In this document: positions 30,619 through 40,768 of the stretch, in pieces | How positions within the stretch are numbered: the first letter of the stretch is position 1 | How the letters are laid out: every line of letters starts with the position of its first letter | Assembly: GCA_027459745.1 (NCBI GenBank) | Contig: DAIDHL010000006.1 | Span: 19,578 to 83,577 of the forward strand | Length of the DNA stretch: 64,000 nucleotides | DNA from: Candidatus Levyibacteriota bacterium | GTDB lineage: Bacteria > Patescibacteriota > Microgenomatia > Levybacterales > UBA12049 | Reading direction: 5' to 3' | Notes under the pieces: generated by a model | The model's database searches: none | Told to the model about the DNA's origin: nothing | What the model saw: only the letters and a program-made list of their open reading frames with translations | Program-made: the position numbers and the translations under genes

Positions 30619-31284
30619 CTAATTAGTCTTTCCAGTTTTTATAATTTCGAAAAATTCACAATAAGTTCCTTTTCCACTCATTGCTCCGCGATAACGATTG
30701 AGACCTTTGATGGCTTCGTCATAAGCTATGTTTGCTAATTGCGAACTGTGTTTTCTTAATGCTTCAAGTTTGGTTTCGATCACCTCTGATATATCCTCAA
30801 CATAATTAAAAGTTGTTAACGGTGTCCATACTTCATAAGATAAAACCGTGGATACATTCCAAGGTTGTCCTTTAACTTCTTGATAGCTATTCCTTCCTGC
30901 TCGGTCTATTGCTTCTTTAACCAGCTCAAATGTTTTGGAATGATCACGGTGCGTTTCGTTTTGGTGAGGTAAGTAAACTATATCCGGTTTTTTCTCACGG
31001 ATTATCTCCATCAATTTATTTACAGTTCTGGTTTCATATTCAATATAACCATCAGCTAATTCGAGATATATTGTTTCATGTATACCAAGAACACTTTTGG
31101 CATCATTAATCTCCCTTTTACGTATATCTGACATTTGCTGTTTGGTATATTTCAAGTCTCCTGCATCGCCAAAAGTTAAATATACAACATTAACTATATG
31201 TCCCTTCTTAACATGATTAGCTATACTGCCGCCGCAGCCAATAATATCGTCATCAGGATGTGGAGCAAAGATTAGAATATTCAT
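30619..31284 (-). CDS. PIG-L family N-acetylglucosaminyl deacetylase (MshB/BshB-like)
   Basis: APHPDDD, HRDH, HSSQ motifs. Confidence 0.9.
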   Translation of the reverse strand: MNILIFAPHPDDDIIGCGGSIANHVKKGHIVNVVYLTFGDAGDLKYTKQQMSDIRKREINDAKSVLGIHETIYLELADGYIEYETRTVNKLMEIIREKKPDIVYLPHQNETHRDHSKTFELVKEAIDRAGRNSYQEVKGQPWNVSTVLSYEVWTPLTTFNYVEDISEVIETKLEALRKHSSQLANIAYDEAIKGLNRYRGAMSGKGTYCEFFEIIKTGKTN

Positions 31285-31326
31285 ACTATTTTTATGGATA
31301 AGCCTTATTCCTAAATACTTGTACCT

Positions 31327-32559
31327 TTAACCTAAACTTTTATATAATCTTATCATTTTATTGGCTGTGTTGGTCCATGTCAAATCTGCAACTTTATTTC
31401 TGATTCCCTCGCTGACTTTTTGATGGGCTTGTTCATCAATTAGCAAATGCTCGATTTGAGATGCTAAAAGTAAGGGGTTGTTCACAGTGGTAATTAATTT
31501 CTCCCTCTGTTTGTCTATTATACTAGCAATTCCGGCAACGTTTGAGGTTATAACGGGCGTACCGCATGCCATCGCTTCCAAAGCAGCTATGCCGAAAGAT
31601 TCATAATGAGATGGCATAATCACTACTTCTGCTGCGTTGTAATAATAAGGTAGTTCGTCTTGTGTTTTTTGTCCGACAAATTCTACAATGTTGGGAATAT
31701 GTAGTATATGACGGAGTTTGTTTAGTTTTGCCATTTCAGTTTTAATGGGTATATTTTTTTGTGTTATGTCTCCCCCGGCAATTAACAGCTTTACAGGTAA
31801 GTTTGGGTTTTTGCTCACCATAATCTTCATGGCATAAATCAATGCATCGATTCCCTTAAGTGGTTCAATTCGTCCTACAAATAATACAATTTTTTTCACA
31901 TGTTCATGGATTTTATCCTTGGCAACCTGTTGATCAATAGGATGGAAATGTTCGACATCAATTCCAGGAGGAATGACAACCAATTTTTCTTTTGGACAAT
32001 CATATAGATATTGTGTGTATAAGGCGTCACTAATGCTGGAGGTTATAACTTTATCAACATCTTGAATCAACTTAAATTCTGCTGTTATGCGCTCCACATT
32101 TTCTTCTTCTCTTTCGCTTCTGGCAACTAGATTTTTCATCAGAGCCAATGTGTGAAAGGACATGAAGATGGGAAGCTTTTTGTCAGCGTTGATTTTTAAG
32201 CCGATTAAACCTGATAGATAATAATGGCAATGGAGAATATTGTAGGATAGGTTTTCTTGCTCTATAAATTTCTTATAACTGTCAACAAATTCATCGATGT
32301 AGTTTAACAACAGTTTTTTATCAATTTGTTTTTCTTCACCAGCAGTTAGATGAATAACTCGTAAATTCGGGTTTAATTGTACGATTCTTTCATCGTTTTC
32401 GCCCTGACAACGTGTGAAGATATCAACTTGGCATCCTTTTTGTGTTAGTTCTTTTGCTAGCTCTAAAACATACACGTTCATTCCACCTGTTTCCTTGCCT
32501 TCTTGCGAAGCTAGTGGACAAGTATGATAAGAGATCATGGCAATACGTTTTTGTTTCAT
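31327..32559 (-). CDS. GT4 glycosyltransferase, MshA-like
   Basis: SYHTCPL...GGMNVYV, HCHYYLSG, FHTLA, FVGRIEPLKG, ESFGIAALEAMACGTP. Confidence 0.85.
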   Translation of the reverse strand: MKQKRIAMISYHTCPLASQEGKETGGMNVYVLELAKELTQKGCQVDIFTRCQGENDERIVQLNPNLRVIHLTAGEEKQIDKKLLLNYIDEFVDSYKKFIEQENLSYNILHCHYYLSGLIGLKINADKKLPIFMSFHTLALMKNLVARSEREEENVERITAEFKLIQDVDKVITSSISDALYTQYLYDCPKEKLVVIPPGIDVEHFHPIDQQVAKDKIHEHVKKIVLFVGRIEPLKGIDALIYAMKIMVSKNPNLPVKLLIAGGDITQKNIPIKTEMAKLNKLRHILHIPNIVEFVGQKTQDELPYYYNAAEVVIMPSHYESFGIAALEAMACGTPVITSNVAGIASIIDKQREKLITTVNNPLLLASQIEHLLIDEQAHQKVSEGIRNKVADLTWTNTANKMIRLYKSLG

Positions 32560-32595
32560 AACTTACAGATTATAGCACGAGGCTTGTAGAATGTT

Positions 32596-32622
32596 GTCAT
32601 TCCAACGAAAGTTGGAATCCAG
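32596..32622. repeat. short GTCAT-type REP-like palindrome
   Basis: GTC-ATTCCAAC-GAAA-GTTGGAAT-CCAG, intergenic. Confidence 0.65.
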
Positions 32623-32658
32623 ACATAGCAAACTAATTGATCAAATTTTTTGCAAGTA

Positions 32659-33258
32659 TTAAATGTTTGGTTTAAAGACGCCTATGACCGATTGAATTTG
32701 TTCGTGTTCATAAATTACTTTATATACTTCACAATGATGGACGTATTCGCCTGTTTTATTAAGTAGATTGTCTAAATTTAATTCTAGTTGGTTATGTAAT
32801 AATTTTAAACTCATAATTGGGTCGCCATGTGAAACAGCAATAATGTTTTCACCATTGTGATCTTGATGTTGCTGCTGAAGAAAACTATTTATTCTATTGC
32901 CTACTTCGTCTAAAGATTCTGCATCGAGTCGATTATTTCCATTAGCAAAAATTTCGAAATTAATTGAGTTTATATAAGCAAATGTTTGGCCTTGTAATTC
33001 CGATCGTACTTCCAAAAGGTTATCTGAGTAGATAGTTGGTAAATTTAATTTCTGTCCAATAATACGTGCGGTTTGTTTAGTTCTTTCTAAGGGACTCGAA
33101 TAAATTGCATTGATGTTTTGAGTTTGTAAAAAATCAGCAGCTTGTTCTGCTTGTTGTTTACCTAAATCTGAAAGTGGATAACCTGGCATTCTGCCGTACC
33201 AGATCTGTTCAGGATTTTGCACATCTCCATGACGGATAAAGTAAAATACTGTCGGCAT
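32659..33258 (-). CDS. histidine phosphatase family protein
   Basis: FIRHG, SSPLERTKQTA, VSHGDP; ATG at 33258 preferred. Confidence 0.9.
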   Translation of the reverse strand: MPTVFYFIRHGDVQNPEQIWYGRMPGYPLSDLGKQQAEQAADFLQTQNINAIYSSPLERTKQTARIIGQKLNLPTIYSDNLLEVRSELQGQTFAYINSINFEIFANGNNRLDAESLDEVGNRINSFLQQQHQDHNGENIIAVSHGDPIMSLKLLHNQLELNLDNLLNKTGEYVHHCEVYKVIYEHEQIQSVIGVFKPNI

Positions 33259-33325
33259 ACTTTTAGTATACAGCATTAAATAGAACAAAAATCAAATGAT
33301 CTACTTCTTTTGGAGATTGCCAGAA

Positions 33326-35095
33326 TCAATAGATATCAAATTTTTCCAAGAGTTTTTTATTTCCCTCGATTTGGTAATGTAAGAGTTCAGAATAAACACC
33401 AGGTTTGTTGGCTAACTTTTGTGGTGTGCCGCTTTCCATAATCTTTCCTTCATCGACAACCAAAATTTTATCTACATTTTGAATAGTGGAAAAACGATGG
33501 GCAATTATGATTACTAGTTTATTCTTCATCAAATTTTCCAAAGCATCCTGAACTTCCTTCTCTGATTTTGCATCGAGAGAAGAAGTTGCCTCATCTAAAA
33601 TTAATATAGGAGCATTTTTCAGTATAGCTCTAGCTATTTGAATTCTTTGTTTTTGTCCTCCTGATAATCTGATCCCTCTTTCCCCCACTTCGCTTTCGAT
33701 GCCTTTTGGTAATTTCATGACAAAATCATATGCATAAGCAGATTTTAAAGCATTGATAATCTCTTCTTCCGTGGAGTCTGGTCTGCCATAAGCCACATTC
33801 TCCCGGATAGATGTTGAAAATAATTCATTTTCCTGAAAAACTAAAGATATATTTTGCCTTACAAATTTATGGTCCAGATCCTTGTAGTTCTTATTATTTA
33901 TATACACACTCCCTCCGGTTGGTTGATAAAATTTTAGAATTAAATTAACAATTGTTGATTTGCCAGCGCCGCTATGTCCCACCAAGGCCACTGATTCATG
34001 TGAATCAATTTTAAAGGAAACGTCTTTCAGTACATTCTCGTTTTCATTGTAGCTAAAGTCAACATTCTTGAATTCAATTTGCGGTTTTGTAACTTTGTTA
34101 TATTTCTCTTTTTTGTCGTAGAATTCTACTGATTTTAAATTCAATATTTCCAGGTATTCTTTAGATCCAGCTTCGGCCATTTGTAATTGAGTTAAAATAA
34201 AAGACATGGCAAATAAGGGAATTCTGGCTTGGTTTACAAGCTGTAAAATTAACACCATTTCACCTATGGTTAATTTGGAAACATAAGTCTCATAGAAAAC
34301 TATTATATTAATAATAAAAAGAATGATATTGAGAGATAAACCCCGACAAAAATCAAATATATGAAAAGTCCTGCTTTGTCTGGCATAGATCTTATTTAAT
34401 TCGCTTAATTGACCTGAAACTGTTTCATACTCGGCCTTTTCACTGGTAAAACTCTTTACCAAACGGATATTACTGATTACTTCCTGTATCCTTCCCCGGC
34501 TGCGGTCGTCAATAGCGTTTTTTTGTACTTCTAATTTGCCCCACCTGATTGTCGAGTAATAAGAGATTCCCAGATAAATTGGGAAAAGAATGAAAGTAAA
34601 AAAAGCTATTGGTAGGTTATAATAACCAAGGACTAAGACAGTAAAAATGCTTTGTAAAAGAGTTGGCAAGATAAAATTGGTTAAAGAATTGGAAAAGCCC
34701 TGTGTGGCGACGATTCCCCGCGTTAACTGATTGACAATCTTACCGGAAATTTCCGAATCAAAATATGATTGAGGTAAAGTTAAAACTTTATCGTAGAATT
34801 TTTCGGTTAAGAATTGACGCAATCGTCCGGCGAAATGATCACCCAAACGATCAGAGATTACCTGGGCAATGAGACTGAGTAGATTTATTCCAAAAGCGAT
34901 GACTACTAAAGTAATTAGCAACGAGAGATTACCTCCTTGATGGGTAATTTTTAAAGTAATTTGATCGACTATGAATTTTGATAGGATAGGTCCCACCAAA
35001 GCTAAAGCTGCAGAGGTTAAAATAAGTAAAGCAATAGTGATGACCAGCTTGTGCAAAGGCTTGGACAAACGAACTATAGAAAAAAGATTTTTCAT
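33326..35095 (-). CDS. ABC exporter, fused permease/ATPase (MsbA-like)
   Basis: GHSGAGKS, LSGGQKQR, ILDEATSSLD, N-terminal TM domain. Confidence 0.95.
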   Translation of the reverse strand: MKNLFSIVRLSKPLHKLVITIALLILTSAALALVGPILSKFIVDQITLKITHQGGNLSLLITLVVIAFGINLLSLIAQVISDRLGDHFAGRLRQFLTEKFYDKVLTLPQSYFDSEISGKIVNQLTRGIVATQGFSNSLTNFILPTLLQSIFTVLVLGYYNLPIAFFTFILFPIYLGISYYSTIRWGKLEVQKNAIDDRSRGRIQEVISNIRLVKSFTSEKAEYETVSGQLSELNKIYARQSRTFHIFDFCRGLSLNIILFIINIIVFYETYVSKLTIGEMVLILQLVNQARIPLFAMSFILTQLQMAEAGSKEYLEILNLKSVEFYDKKEKYNKVTKPQIEFKNVDFSYNENENVLKDVSFKIDSHESVALVGHSGAGKSTIVNLILKFYQPTGGSVYINNKNYKDLDHKFVRQNISLVFQENELFSTSIRENVAYGRPDSTEEEIINALKSAYAYDFVMKLPKGIESEVGERGIRLSGGQKQRIQIARAILKNAPILILDEATSSLDAKSEKEVQDALENLMKNKLVIIIAHRFSTIQNVDKILVVDEGKIMESGTPQKLANKPGVYSELLHYQIEGNKKLLEKFDIY

Positions 35096-35152
35096 TATGT
35101 TTATTTTACACTACAATAGTGATTTTAGTCACAATGGAATTGATATTTAAGA

Positions 35153-35887
35153 TTATTTCAGAGCAGAAAGATCTTTTTTATCATGCCATAACAGATGCTT
35201 TATCTCTCCAATAATAGTATTGGCCCAAATGGCATAACCAAAATCTGAAGGATGAAACCCATCTTCTGATAAAACTTCCGGATAAGATCGAGTGAAAATT
35301 CTACTTGTTTCATAAAGATCAACTAGTCTTACGTCACAAGCTTTTGCTTGTTTACGGATTATGTTATTCACTCTTGATAATATAACCTTTCCTGCCAGTC
35401 GCATGTGTCTGGGTACTACAGGTGCATTTGTAAGATCAGGAATAGTATTTATGACAATATCGGCGGTAGTATTGGTTTTTAAATTAGAAAGTAAGTGAAA
35501 TAATTCCTTTTCAAATTCTTTAAAAGATGTTTTTTTGATAATATCATTTGTTCCGACTGAGATAGTGATCAAATCAGGTTTCAAGGCAATTGTTTTGTCG
35601 AGCTGATTTTCAATAACATCATTAACTTTGGCAAAAGCCTTGCCCAGGTTGTGATATTGGGTATTCTTTAATGTTAATTTTAGTTGTTGATAGATTATGC
35701 CAGTATACGAACGATCAGGATGGCTAGCTCCTAATCCTTCCACTGAACTGTCCCCTATTGCTACATAAACAAAATTTTTACCTCTATGACGAGAAAAAAT
35801 AAATGAAAATAGCTTATTAAATCCCTGTATAGATTTAAAAACAATATTTTGCATTTTTACTAAGTTTAAGCTAGAATATTTTTTCAT
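35153..35887 (-). CDS. SGNH/GDSL hydrolase
   Basis: AIGDS, GTND, DGFHP. Confidence 0.9.
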   Translation of the reverse strand: MKKYSSLNLVKMQNIVFKSIQGFNKLFSFIFSRHRGKNFVYVAIGDSSVEGLGASHPDRSYTGIIYQQLKLTLKNTQYHNLGKAFAKVNDVIENQLDKTIALKPDLITISVGTNDIIKKTSFKEFEKELFHLLSNLKTNTTADIVINTIPDLTNAPVVPRHMRLAGKVILSRVNNIIRKQAKACDVRLVDLYETSRIFTRSYPEVLSEDGFHPSDFGYAIWANTIIGEIKHLLWHDKKDLSALK

Positions 35888-35959
35888 ATAGGTATATTAT
35901 AGCTTAAGTAGGCAATAATAAGTTTAATTTGCCTAGGAGATTATGCTTATAAATTTCAA

Positions 35960-36031
35960 GCGGTGGTAGTTCAGTGGTAGAACGCTAGCTTTCCAAGCTG
36001 GATGTCGCCAGTTCGAGTCTGGTCCGCCGCT
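35960..36031 (+). tRNA. tRNA-Gly(TCC)
   Basis: GCGGTGG/CCGCCGC acceptor, CTAGC-TTTCCAA-GCTGG anticodon arm, GTTCGAGT. Confidence 0.93.
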
Positions 36032-36129
36032 CATTAACATTGTGTGAGCTAAATTTTACTAAATGAGTAATAAGCTTTTTTAGGACAAATTTATTATATT
36101 GACAACAGCATTTTAGTTATTGTAATGTA

Positions 36130-37071
36130 TTGATACCAGCTATTTTTGTGAAAAAGAAATCTGCCCATCGTTCTCATATAAAACACCATAAATCCGGAGT
36201 AAAACTTCCAAAGTACTCTATTATATCTATTCATTATGTTTTTATTGTAACAGTTATACTTTTGGTGGCTGCTGTTGGTTTGTTTTATAATAACTGGCGC
36301 AACACTGGGAATGTACTAGGTGCATCAATTTATTTAGCAGACAATGGTGGTAGTGATGGAGGAGATAAAACAAATTCAACAGATAATTCAAATTCAACAG
36401 ATAGCCTATCTTCTCAATCCGAAAAGCCACAAGTCGTAGAGCCGACTGATGTGCCTGAGATTAAGCAACAAGTAGAACAAGTTCAACAAGAAATACAAAA
36501 CAAAATCGAAAAGTCTCAGCTTCAGAGTATTGAAGTTCAGCCGACAAGTGACGGATCTAGCTCGGGTAGGGTTATCCTCCAACAAAATGATAAATCCACT
36601 CAGCAGATAGGTTTGACTGCTTCACAAACGGCATCACTAACACAGATCAGCACACCACAGGCGGGGACATTAAGCGTACAGGTTAACGCTGCTAATTCCG
36701 TAACTATTACCAATGGGCCTTATACCATTACCACACAATATCCAGTGGTCGTAGATCCTACTAGCCAGACGATGGCAATCAGAACGCCAAGTGGTGTTAC
36801 TGTGATCAAGACATTTCCAGTTCAAGCTTTACAGTCGCTTCCTACGCAAAATAAACTAAGTTCAGTTAGTTCTATTAATTTGACTGATCAGCAAGGTACA
36901 CCTGTGTATCAAACAAGCGGTGTTCAGATTAGAAAGTTTTTAGGTCTGATCCCAGTATCGGGAAATGTTAGTGAACAAATAAATGCACAAACAGGTCAAG
37001 CTACAATTACATCACTTCCCTGGTATTTTTCTGTATTGAATTTTGCTTTCCAATCACCTCAGTCGACATAG
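36130..37071 (+). CDS. membrane-anchored exported protein (start uncertain)
   Basis: Basic N-terminus, TM, VLGAS motif, S/D/Q-rich linker, RKFLGLIPV...INAQTG C-terminal motif. Confidence 0.6.
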   Translation: MIPAIFVKKKSAHRSHIKHHKSGVKLPKYSIISIHYVFIVTVILLVAAVGLFYNNWRNTGNVLGASIYLADNGGSDGGDKTNSTDNSNSTDSLSSQSEKPQVVEPTDVPEIKQQVEQVQQEIQNKIEKSQLQSIEVQPTSDGSSSGRVILQQNDKSTQQIGLTASQTASLTQISTPQAGTLSVQVNAANSVTITNGPYTITTQYPVVVDPTSQTMAIRTPSGVTVIKTFPVQALQSLPTQNKLSSVSSINLTDQQGTPVYQTSGVQIRKFLGLIPVSGNVSEQINAQTGQATITSLPWYFSVLNFAFQSPQST

Positions 37072-37094
37072 TGAGATAATTATAAATGTAACAT

Positions 37095-38246
37095 TTAGGA
37101 GTTAATTTTTCTATAAACATAAAAAAAGTCTTTGTTATATCCATGTAGATAAGCGTAACCTCCATTTTGCATAGCTTTAAGAAGTGGATAATAATCATAT
37201 TTACCTCCCCCCATACTATCGTAAATTATGTAACGTACCCAAAATGGATTAATATCTAGCTGAATAGCATTTACAGCACCAGCTGATTGTAATGCTTTGG
37301 CAAGTGTAGCAGGAACCAACGAATTGCCAACTGCATATATAAGGTTCCCATCATTGGTAATACCTATCCCCGATCTCCAGGTATACATAGTATCTGTGGT
37401 TGTTCTGCCCCACGTATCAGTATTGGCATTATCAAACGAAGTTATATGGCCTGCTTGAATCAAAAAAGGGCCGTTTTGTCTGGCAGCAATAATGTCTTTG
37501 GGCAGAGTTTGTCCTGTGTAGTTTATAATTTGTGCTTGTCCGTTAGAGTGAATCAATAAAGTAGCCATGTTTTTTTTCAAGGGAACATAAGTTTTGCCAT
37601 CTAATATCATTCCATAATGACCATCCGCAGCCATAAATCCCCCATTAAAAACTGCAACTAAAGTGTTGCCTTGCTGTATATTAGATGGAACATAGCCTTT
37701 GCCATAAATCCCATAAACCCCACCTGGGTAATATGTACCTGCTTGCAAACCCAAAGCTAATTCTTTCATATTCATTTTAACGAGTGAGACGATGGCGTAG
37801 TTTCGTGAATTGTCTGGTCGGATAAATGTTCTGGCAATTACTACTTTTTGAGGTACAGTCGATGTTTGAATTGGCTCCCAGTTTCCTTCTGCTGGTAATG
37901 GTGAAAAACTTGCTGTGGGCGTTATAGGCGAGAGTTTCATTCCATTCTGATCAAGAGCTATAGTTGGTGCCAATAAAGCATTTTCAAATGCTGGGTTAAA
38001 AATATTCGCAGAAGGTTTTTGGTAACTTGATTCTATTTTATTAAGATTGTCGCTACTATTAAAATACCATGACTCCAGTGCTAATGTTTGTGAGTTTCCT
38101 ATCAGTGGACGCAAAATATTATCTGCCATTTGAGCAGCAAAGCCATTATTGAAATTGCTCAAAAGTATATACCCGACAATAAAAAGAGTAACAGCGACAG
38201 CGATTAGCGTTAATCGTTTATTTTGAATTCGATTATTTAAGAACAT
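37095..38246 (-). CDS. phosphodiester glycosidase (NAGPA-like) family exported protein
   Basis: FNGGF, WRSGIGIT, AIQLDIN motifs; N-terminal TM. Confidence 0.7.
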   Translation of the reverse strand: MFLNNRIQNKRLTLIAVAVTLFIVGYILLSNFNNGFAAQMADNILRPLIGNSQTLALESWYFNSSDNLNKIESSYQKPSANIFNPAFENALLAPTIALDQNGMKLSPITPTASFSPLPAEGNWEPIQTSTVPQKVVIARTFIRPDNSRNYAIVSLVKMNMKELALGLQAGTYYPGGVYGIYGKGYVPSNIQQGNTLVAVFNGGFMAADGHYGMILDGKTYVPLKKNMATLLIHSNGQAQIINYTGQTLPKDIIAARQNGPFLIQAGHITSFDNANTDTWGRTTTDTMYTWRSGIGITNDGNLIYAVGNSLVPATLAKALQSAGAVNAIQLDINPFWVRYIIYDSMGGGKYDYYPLLKAMQNGGYAYLHGYNKDFFYVYRKINS

Positions 38247-38344
38247 GCAGTTTTATATTTTACTACGTTTTTTTAAAAAATGAAGCGGTAAATTAGCAAT
38301 TTTCAGGTTTTATTAAACATTATTTTCCTTTATACTAAAAGTAT

Positions 38345-39022
38345 ATGTCACTAATAACAAATTTATTAACTAATATTCTAGAATCTAATAGAATTGATCC
38401 TTATGTTGATTGGCTGGCCTCATTTATAGTTCATAATGGAATTTATGCTCCTTCTCTACTCTTATTAATTGAAGAGTCAGGTATTCCTCTCCCTATTCCT
38501 GGGGACGTATACGTGGCTTATACCGGCTATTTAATCTCCAAACATACGATTACTTTTCAATTTGGATTTATTTCTCTTTTGACTGCGGTTTTAATCGGGG
38601 CGTCGATTCTTTACTATTTATCCTCTCATTATGGACAGGTGATTGTCTTGAGATTTGGAAAATATTTGCATTTGAATGAAAAACGATTGTTGACAGTAGA
38701 AGGATGGTTCAAAAAATATGGATTTTGGGTCATCATCTTTGGCAGACATATTCCAGGGTTTAGAGTCCCAATCACATTTTTCGCAGGTATCTCAGGAGTT
38801 CCATATCCTGTTTTTATTGCCAGTACTTTTGTGTCTGTTATTTTTTGGATTTTGTTTTATATTTCAGTAGGTGAAAAGTTAGGAAATAATATTAAAAATT
38901 TTTTACATGTTCATAATTATTTGTTTTATTTATTTATCTGTCTTTTTATTCTATTCGTTGGATCTATTATCTATATAGTTTTGCATAAAAAGAAGAAAAA
39001 ACAAAAAGCTAATAAAAGCTAG
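38345..39022 (+). CDS. DedA family membrane protein
   Basis: EESGIPLPIPGD, GRHIPGFR. Confidence 0.92.
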   Translation: MSLITNLLTNILESNRIDPYVDWLASFIVHNGIYAPSLLLLIEESGIPLPIPGDVYVAYTGYLISKHTITFQFGFISLLTAVLIGASILYYLSSHYGQVIVLRFGKYLHLNEKRLLTVEGWFKKYGFWVIIFGRHIPGFRVPITFFAGISGVPYPVFIASTFVSVIFWILFYISVGEKLGNNIKNFLHVHNYLFYLFICLFILFVGSIIYIVLHKKKKKQKANKS

Positions 39023-39026
39023 AGTG

Positions 39027-40034
39027 TTAATCGTTACTACCGTCAATAGCTTGAATACCTTTTATTAATACTGCTAGGAAAGAGATAAAAGGTACAGCCA
39101 GTAGAGCTCCGGGAATACCCATCAAATTAGCTCCAATGCCAATACCAATAATTACTAATACAGGATTAAGTCCAACGGCCTTTTGCATGATATTGGGTAC
39201 CAATATATGATTTTCCAAAAATTGAATACAGATATATAAAATTACAACTGTAATAGCTGTACTGAATGAAATGGTTAAAGCTACTAAAATAGATGGAATA
39301 GCAGCTATTGTGGGACCTAGTGTAGGAATGAATTCGAGTAATCCAGCCATTATTCCCAATGGTACTGCATAAGGAATACCCAGTATACTTAAAGCGATAA
39401 TAATTGAGACACTAATACAAAACGACAATAAAAGTTGTCCTCTTGCCCAGGCTCCAAGACGGTCGTCTATTTGTTGCATCAAATGTTCGACTTCCTGCTT
39501 TTTATTCTTTTCAAATAATCCAGCTACCCAGTCACGAAACATTTGGTGATACCACAATAAATAAAAACTGACGAAAAGAACAGTAATGACTGAGAAAAAT
39601 CCTCCAAATACTCTGGTAGTAACATCGAACGCATTTTTGCCCACTGAAGTTGCATCTGAAGATAAATAATTTTGTATAGTTTTAGTGTCAATAGGATAAC
39701 CTACACTACGGCTTGACTCAGCTACGATTTTAGGAAAGCTTGTAACAAATTTTTCAATTTCAGGTACAAAAGAGTTAATCATTATACTTACCAATAATAC
39801 GATAGTTACTAGGCCAAAAAGGTAAGGGATTAAAATAGATAAAACCTTTGGAAAGTTACGCTTTTGTAAATACTTAACAAAAGGAATTAAGGCGGAAGTA
39901 ACGATATATGACAAGAAAAAAGAAACCCAGATACTGTGGGTTTGAATGACAAACCATGTCATGACAATAAGCACTAAAGCCATGATCACTTGATTTTTGA
40001 TTAGATATTGATAAAGTCTATAGCGATGAGACAT
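39027..40034 (-). CDS. AI-2E family transporter
   Basis: EFIPTLGP, QFLENHILVP, GIPGALLAVP. Confidence 0.92.
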   Translation of the reverse strand: MSHRYRLYQYLIKNQVIMALVLIVMTWFVIQTHSIWVSFFLSYIVTSALIPFVKYLQKRNFPKVLSILIPYLFGLVTIVLLVSIMINSFVPEIEKFVTSFPKIVAESSRSVGYPIDTKTIQNYLSSDATSVGKNAFDVTTRVFGGFFSVITVLFVSFYLLWYHQMFRDWVAGLFEKNKKQEVEHLMQQIDDRLGAWARGQLLLSFCISVSIIIALSILGIPYAVPLGIMAGLLEFIPTLGPTIAAIPSILVALTISFSTAITVVILYICIQFLENHILVPNIMQKAVGLNPVLVIIGIGIGANLMGIPGALLAVPFISFLAVLIKGIQAIDGSND

Positions 40035-40156
40035 ATTAATCTAACTATATCATGACTGAGCGTAAATATCCAATTTATGAGGTTTAATAGTAAGTTTGCA
40101 GGATAAGTTCAAAGTTGATAAAATAGGTTTGGTTTGAAGTGGTTTTAAAGTAATTT

Positions 40157-40230
40157 GCGCCTGTAGCTCAGCTGGATAGAGCACGTCGGTTCTAACGACA
40201 TGGTCGGAGGTTCGAATCCTCTCAGGCGTA
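40157..40230 (+). tRNA. tRNA-Arg(TCT)
   Basis: GCGCCTG/CAGGCGT acceptor, TAGCTCAGCTGGATAGAGC D-arm, GTCG-GTTCTAA-CGAC anticodon arm, GGTTCGAAT. Confidence 0.88.
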
Positions 40231-40297
40231 CAAAAGAGATGTTCCTCCGTATAATATTAAAACTAAATTTAAATTAGATAAATTCAGGGGGTAAAAT

Positions 40298-40681
40298 TTA
40301 CTTATTTTTGGAGTAAACTGAAGTTGCATGTAGCTTTCCTATTTTGACTCCCCTATCAAAGATGGTTTGTAAATTTTCATTGATTAACTCCGTAGTTTCT
40401 TGTATAGCTGCTTTCTTTTTAGCTGGTGCAATCTGAGCTGCCAATTTCTGTGAAGTTTTCTCAATAGCCTTTTTTTCCATAGTAATATCTAGCTGAGTTT
40501 GAGAAGTCTTTAACATAATATTTGATAATCCACGTTCAAAGGCTTCAACAATAATAATAAATAATAAACTTATGAACAGGGTTGTGATGGCATAAGGATA
40601 TTGTTTATTTACCAAAAAATATATTTCATTTATCATTAAAACCAAAAAAAGTAGGACTTTAAAATAGTAATTTATACGCAT
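40298..40681 (-). CDS. hypothetical two-TM protein
   Basis: Two N-terminal hydrophobic helices followed by a helical tail. Confidence 0.55.
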   Translation of the reverse strand: MRINYYFKVLLFLVLMINEIYFLVNKQYPYAITTLFISLLFIIIVEAFERGLSNIMLKTSQTQLDITMEKKAIEKTSQKLAAQIAPAKKKAAIQETTELINENLQTIFDRGVKIGKLHATSVYSKNK

Positions 40682-40768
40682 ATTCCTGAAATTTTAGCTT
40701 GTTTAGTAAAAATAAACAAGCTAAATTGTATGTGATAAATATCACAATTTTATAGTAAAATTGTTCCA

